In this document: in pieces, positions 16,025 through 20,000 of the stretch
How the letters are laid out: every line of letters starts with the position of its first letter
Numbering within the stretch: the first letter of the stretch is position 1
DNA from: an uncultured virus (IMG/VR IMGVR_UViG_3300033068_001821)
Taxonomy: Duplodnaviria > Heunggongvirae > Uroviricota > Caudoviricetes
Strand: one strand, 5' to 3'
Length of the DNA stretch: 20,000 bases
Virus record (IMG/VR): IMGVR_UViG_3300033068_001821
Made by a program: the position numbers and the translations under genes
The notes under the pieces: model-generated
Seen by the model: only the letters and a program-made list of their open reading frames with translations
Databases searched by the model: none
Told to the model about the DNA's origin: nothing

Positions 16025-18250
16025 TTATAAGCTTTTGAATCTTTCCATTATTGCATTCATTTCATTTGCAGACAATTTGTCTTCTTGAATCAATGCTTCG
16101 TGAGATACTAATTTCTTAGTTACAGACTCATTCTTTTTAAGATTTCTAGTTGCCCAGAAATGCTCTATTTGATTTTCAGTTTTTAATACGTCTTCTGGAT
16201 ATAATCTAGCTTGTGATAAAACTGATTTCTTCACAGATTCGTTTAACTGACCCCAGATTGGCTTCATGTTTTCAGGCATTAATCTGATTACTCTTTCTTC
16301 AAGAGATTCGTTTTTTGTTGATAATGATTCAGCAATCAATGTAAGAACTTCTTTTTGTGTAAAATAACTACTTTCGTTTATGTGTAGTTTCACGCTTTCT
16401 TGTTCTTCGTCTGATAATGCATAAAAGCTATCAACTTGTGATTTGTTTAAGAACTTCAAGAAGTTCAAATCACTGCTTTCAGAAACTTTACGTTTTTTAG
16501 CTTCTTCAATTAATTTATTTATTGATTCAGAAAGTTCTGAGTCTTCTTCACCTTTAAATTCTGGTGTTTCTTCTCCTTCTTCTCCTTCTTCACCTTCAAA
16601 ATCTTCTTCTTGTGCTTGACCACCGAATTCTTCTTCGTCATTTTCTTCACCTTCGTGTCCTTCATGACCAGCAAATTCTGCAGCATCACGTGCAAACTCT
16701 TCTGCTTCTTTAGCAAATTTTTCTGCTTCCTCAGCAAAGTCTCCGTGTCCTTCGTTTCCAGCGAATTCTTCACCTTCTTCTTGACCACCTTCTAATTCTT
16801 CTTCGTTTTCTTCAAAACCAGCGTCTTTTAAAGTTGGGAATTGAGCTTCTTCTCCTTCTTCAGCAGATTCGTTTAATCTAAAGTTACCGTTTAATCTTTC
16901 AACAATCATTCCTTGATAAGAAATAGATTTGTCTAATGATTCAGCAACATATTCAGAGTAAGCAATGTTATCATCTAAGTGCTCAGCAATGTATTCAGAG
17001 TAAGCAATGTTACCTTCTACGTGCTCAGCTAAATATTCAGAGTAAGCAATTGAGTTATCAACATTCTCAGCAATATATTCTGCATAAGCAATATTTTTGT
17101 CTAAGTTTTCAGCAATATATTCAGAGTAAGCAATGTTTTTGTCTAAGTTCTCTGCTAAGTATTCTGAATACTCAATGTTTTTGTCTAAGTTTTCAGCTAA
17201 ATATTCTGAGTAAGAGATGTTCTTGTCTAAGTTTTCAGCAATATATTCTGAATAATTAATGTTCTTGTCTAAGTTTTCAGCTAAATATTCTGAATACTCA
17301 ATGTTTTTATCTAAGTTTTCAGCTAAATACTCAGAGTAGTTAATTGCTTTTTCTAAGTTTTCAGCTAAATAATCATTGTGTTTAGCTAATTTAGTAGTAG
17401 TGTCTTTTAATGATTTATTTTCATTAACCACCACTTGGATTTTGTCAGCTAAATAATCTAAATATTTAGCAACTTGTGTGTTAGTATTATTTAATTCCTC
17501 ATAATACTCTAATAGTTGTTCTAATTTCTTAGCAGGCATATTACCTTTAGAAATAGCATTCTTTACTTCATTTTTTGTTGAAGCAATTTCTTTAACCAAA
17601 TACTGTGAATAATCACTTAGTTGTTTCTTGGTTACAAATTCATCTTTGTTCATACCGAATAATTCATTTATTTTTGACTCGTCGGATAATTCATATATCC
17701 TAAAGTTATTTTTTTCGATTTGTCCTTCTGGGCAAAAACCTAATGACTCATTCAAAACTCTTACACTCATTTTCGCTGAAGCAAATCCTGGATCTGCAAC
17801 AATGTCATAAGTAAAAAGTTTTTTCAATGATACTGAACCATCTGATTCTGTTATACCAGCAGCTCTTGATGATACAAAAACTGGACATCCATCGTCAACT
17901 AATGCTTTCGCTTCTTTACCCCAGTAAGTACTTAGTAATTTTATTTCTCCAGCAACAATGTTCTTTTCAGCAACAAACTCTGCTTTTGTAATAATGTGTG
18001 ATGCTCTTGATAACGAAGTATCAAAGACATCCGGGTGATCGAATTCACCATAGACAGCACCTAAGCTGTTCATTCTTTCGTTCATTTCTTGTAATGCTGG
18101 TAAAAATTTCTCAGCTTGATATATTCTCTCATTACGATTCTTTACACCAAACTCAGTAAAAGTACCACCCAATACATAGTCTTTCTGATTAGAAGAATTT
18201 TCTTTAATCAATGAACTTGTTGAATTTTCTACTATTAAAACCGGTTTCAT
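16025..18250 (-). CDS. Prohead core protease (T4 gp21-like) fused to a coiled-coil/acidic scaffold-like region
   Basis: G.F....KNRNERIY, GEFDHP, SHII, G.....LVD.G....VSSRAAG and YDIVADPGF..A in the first ~160 aa, then 14-aa repeats and a Glu-rich tract. Confidence 0.9.
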   Translation of the reverse strand: MKPVLIVENSTSSLIKENSSNQKDYVLGGTFTEFGVKNRNERIYQAEKFLPALQEMNERMNSLGAVYGEFDHPDVFDTSLSRASHIITKAEFVAEKNIVAGEIKLLSTYWGKEAKALVDDGCPVFVSSRAAGITESDGSVSLKKLFTYDIVADPGFASAKMSVRVLNESLGFCPEGQIEKNNFRIYELSDESKINELFGMNKDEFVTKKQLSDYSQYLVKEIASTKNEVKNAISKGNMPAKKLEQLLEYYEELNNTNTQVAKYLDYLADKIQVVVNENKSLKDTTTKLAKHNDYLAENLEKAINYSEYLAENLDKNIEYSEYLAENLDKNINYSEYIAENLDKNISYSEYLAENLDKNIEYSEYLAENLDKNIAYSEYIAENLDKNIAYAEYIAENVDNSIAYSEYLAEHVEGNIAYSEYIAEHLDDNIAYSEYVAESLDKSISYQGMIVERLNGNFRLNESAEEGEEAQFPTLKDAGFEENEEELEGGQEEGEEFAGNEGHGDFAEEAEKFAKEAEEFARDAAEFAGHEGHEGEENDEEEFGGQAQEEDFEGEEGEEGEETPEFKGEEDSELSESINKLIEEAKKRKVSESSDLNFLKFLNKSQVDSFYALSDEEQESVKLHINESSYFTQKEVLTLIAESLSTKNESLEERVIRLMPENMKPIWGQLNESVKKSVLSQARLYPEDVLKTENQIEHFWATRNLKKNESVTKKLVSHEALIQEDKLSANEMNAIMERFKSL
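16922..17383 (-). repeat. Coding tandem repeat, 11 x 42 bp (xYSEYLAENLDKNI)
   Basis: Counted from KHNDYLAENLEKAI to AYSEYVAESLDKSI: 462 bp = 11 units, near-identical in the middle and degenerate at the ends. Confidence 0.95.
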
Positions 18251-18381
18251 TTAAAATAATTATTTTTTGTAGTTATTACGTTGGTATATATTTAACCTTG
18301 AAATCGATAAAATTTTAAAGGTGGATTTTTTATGGTGGAAAAATTTGTTCATTTTTTTGCAGATATATCAAATGGATTTTT

Positions 18382-18389
18382 TATCTTTG
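18382..18389 (+). promoter_or_regulatory. Bacteroidota-type -7 element (TATCTTTG) for the Zn-ribbon/RNase R unit
   Basis: TATCTTTG followed by TA; a TTTG at 18356..18359 gives a slightly long 22-nt spacer. Confidence 0.5.
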
Positions 18390-18437
18390 TAAAAATCTTG
18401 GAGGAAAAAGAGTATATTTAATAAATACTTAAAAAAA

Positions 18438-18845
18438 ATGCGGTTTTTTATGATCCTATCAAGAGAAATAAATGTGAAAATAACTGAATCTAATTACAAC
18501 TATTATGATGATTTAGGATATGATGTATATATAAGTGAAGAAATTGTAATTCCGGTTGAGTTACTACCAAAGGGTTCACACTACAAAATAAAGTGTAAAT
18601 GTGATTCTTGTGGGATTGAAAAAGAAGTAATTTATAAGAACTATTTAAAATATGATAATAATTGGGGTGACTATTATTGTAGAAAATGTTCAGAAGTAAA
18701 AAGAAAAGAAACATTAAGAAAAAATTTCGGAGTAGATTATCCGATACAGAATGAAAAGGTTTTGCAGAAAATGAAAAAAACACTGGTGGAGAAGTATGGA
18801 GTAGACAACATTTCTAAAAACAAAAAAAAATTAAATAATGAATAA
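18438..18845 (+). CDS. Zn-ribbon protein with K(Y/F)GV repeats, probably nucleic-acid binding
   Basis: CKCDSC...CRKC and two T...K(N/-)(F/Y)GVD repeats of the kind found on phage endonuclease-associated proteins; no nuclease domain; alternative ATG at 18450. Confidence 0.65.
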   Translation: MRFFMILSREINVKITESNYNYYDDLGYDVYISEEIVIPVELLPKGSHYKIKCKCDSCGIEKEVIYKNYLKYDNNWGDYYCRKCSEVKRKETLRKNFGVDYPIQNEKVLQKMKKTLVEKYGVDNISKNKKKLNNE

Positions 18846-20000
18846 AATTAAAGAAGATAGCATCTACGAAGGTTCTATCGAATTCGCAAACAGCGGAAAT
18901 GCCTCAATAAATATTTTAGATAAGAATATCTTTATATTTAAAAGAAATACTCTCAACTCACTTAATGGTGATAAAGTAAGAGTTAAAATAATAAGTAAAA
19001 ATAATAAGCTAGAAGCTGAAGTTCTTGAAGTTCTTGAAAGATTTAGAAATCAATTCGTTGGTAAAGTACAAGTAAACAAAGAAAATAAAAAATTGATATT
19101 TGTTGTACCAGACAATCAAAAAATTGCAGTTGACTTTTATATAAAAGGAGAACACGATGCACTACACGATCAAAAAGTTCTTGTCGAACTAATCGACTGG
19201 GAACCTGGGACAAAATCACCAAAAGCAAAAATAGTAGAAATACTTGGTAGTTCAGGTGAAAATAATGCAGAAATGAACTCAATTATGTATGAGTACGGTT
19301 TACCAAACAACTTTCCTTTAATGGTAGAAGCCGAAGCGGAATTAATAGACTTCACAATTCCCGAATCAGAAATCAATAACAGACGAGATTTAAGAAATAT
19401 CACAACCTTTACAATTGACCCAGTGGACGCCAAAGATTTTGACGATGCACTTTCAGTCAATATAATAGATGATAATACAGTTGAAGTAGGTATTCATATC
19501 GCAGACGTTTCACACTATATTAAAGAAGGTGGTATAATAGATGAAGAAGCAGTAAAAAGAGCAACATCTGTTTACTTAGTTGATAGATGTGTTCCAATGT
19601 TACCAGAAAGATTGAGTAATGGAGTTTGTTCATTAAGACCTAATGAAGATAAACTTTGTTTCTCAGTTATTGTTAAATTAAATAACAATGGTGATATTTT
19701 AGATAAATGGTTTGGAAAAACTGTTATACACTCTGATAGACGTTATTCTTATGAAGAAGCACAAGAAATAATAGAAGGTAAAGATGGTGATTTCAAAGCC
19801 GAAATACTTTTGTTAGATTCAATTGCTAAAAAAATGAGAAAACAAAGAATAAATGATGGTTCTATTGAAATGGGTGGAATTGAAGTAAGATTCAAATTAG
19901 ACCCAACTACAAAAAAACCAACAGGTGTTTATTTTAAAACTCAAAAAGATGCAAATAAACTTATTGAAGAATATATGTTACTTGCAAATAGATTAGTTGC
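18838..20000 (+). CDS. rnr: Ribonuclease R (RNB family), truncated by the window end and absent from the ORF track
   Basis: Open frame from the ATG at 18838 (MNKIKEDSIYEG...). Cold-shock-like domains (LNGDKVRV), then RRDLR...FTIDPVDAKDFDDALS, GIHIADVSHY, RATSVYLVDRCVPMLPERLSNGVCSLRP and ANKLIEEYMLLAN. Confidence 0.95.
   Translation, partial: MNKIKEDSIYEGSIEFANSGNASINILDKNIFIFKRNTLNSLNGDKVRVKIISKNNKLEAEVLEVLERFRNQFVGKVQVNKENKKLIFVVPDNQKIAVDFYIKGEHDALHDQKVLVELIDWEPGTKSPKAKIVEILGSSGENNAEMNSIMYEYGLPNNFPLMVEAEAELIDFTIPESEINNRRDLRNITTFTIDPVDAKDFDDALSVNIIDDNTVEVGIHIADVSHYIKEGGIIDEEAVKRATSVYLVDRCVPMLPERLSNGVCSLRPNEDKLCFSVIVKLNNNGDILDKWFGKTVIHSDRRYSYEEAQEIIEGKDGDFKAEILLLDSIAKKMRKQRINDGSIEMGGIEVRFKLDPTTKKPTGVYFKTQKDANKLIEEYMLLANRLV

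Noticed and set aside
16922..17383. Regular 42-bp repeats resembling a CRISPR array
   Set aside because: They are head-to-tail with no unique spacers, in frame inside the protease/scaffold CDS, and vary mainly at synonymous or conservative positions.
67..17810. Short overlapping or antisense ORFs in the track (e.g. 67..255, 1661..1870, 2411..2668, 7740..7931, 8292..8495, 11134..11319, 12069..12302, 16519..16788, 16936..17259)
   Set aside because: They are nested in better-supported genes, show no motifs, and their composition is explained by the real frame's repeats or codon bias.
19043..19460. Minus-strand ORFs 19043..19282 and 19170..19460
   Set aside because: Antisense shadows of the clear RNase R frame.
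1..20000. Stop-codon recoding as in Lak or crAss-like phages
   Set aside because: Standard-code ORFs tile the window with full-length recognisable proteins; there is no TAG/TGA fragmentation.
1..20000. Bacterial chromosome or prophage integrated at ssrA
   Set aside because: The tmRNA is flanked on both sides by phage-type genes and has a phage-type promoter; no integrase or duplicated 3' att fragment is visible.

Overview
AT-rich, densely coding segment of a large T4-like (jumbo/mega-type) tailed phage, read in the standard code. The host is probably Bacteroidota, judged from TAnnTTTG promoters, A/T-rich leaders without Shine-Dalgarno motifs, a Flavobacterium-style lipoprotein and a tmRNA tag that resumes on Gly. 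The head module is on the minus strand: a gp21-like prohead protease fused to a repeat-rich scaffold-like region, then a gp23-like major capsid protein (MCP). Around it lie three ribosome-rescue/RNA quality-control genes: an unannotated, atypical one-piece tmRNA (9943..10318), a stand-alone NFACT-R (RqcH/FbpA RNA-binding) domain protein and a truncated RNase R missing from the ORF track. Also present are two paralogous M28-like peptidases, a NADAR protein, a Dam-like methyltransferase, a LAGLIDADG endonuclease, a truncated second copy of the capsid fold, a nucleotidyltransferase, a transglutaminase-like protein and two virion-fibre-like proteins. Intergenic DNA shows two promoter classes: host-type TAnnTTTG and a phage ATATATA box. 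Several ATATATA genes start exactly 4 nt after the box and carry N-termini resembling the T4 capsid-targeting sequence. All family assignments come from motif recognition by eye; no searches were run.
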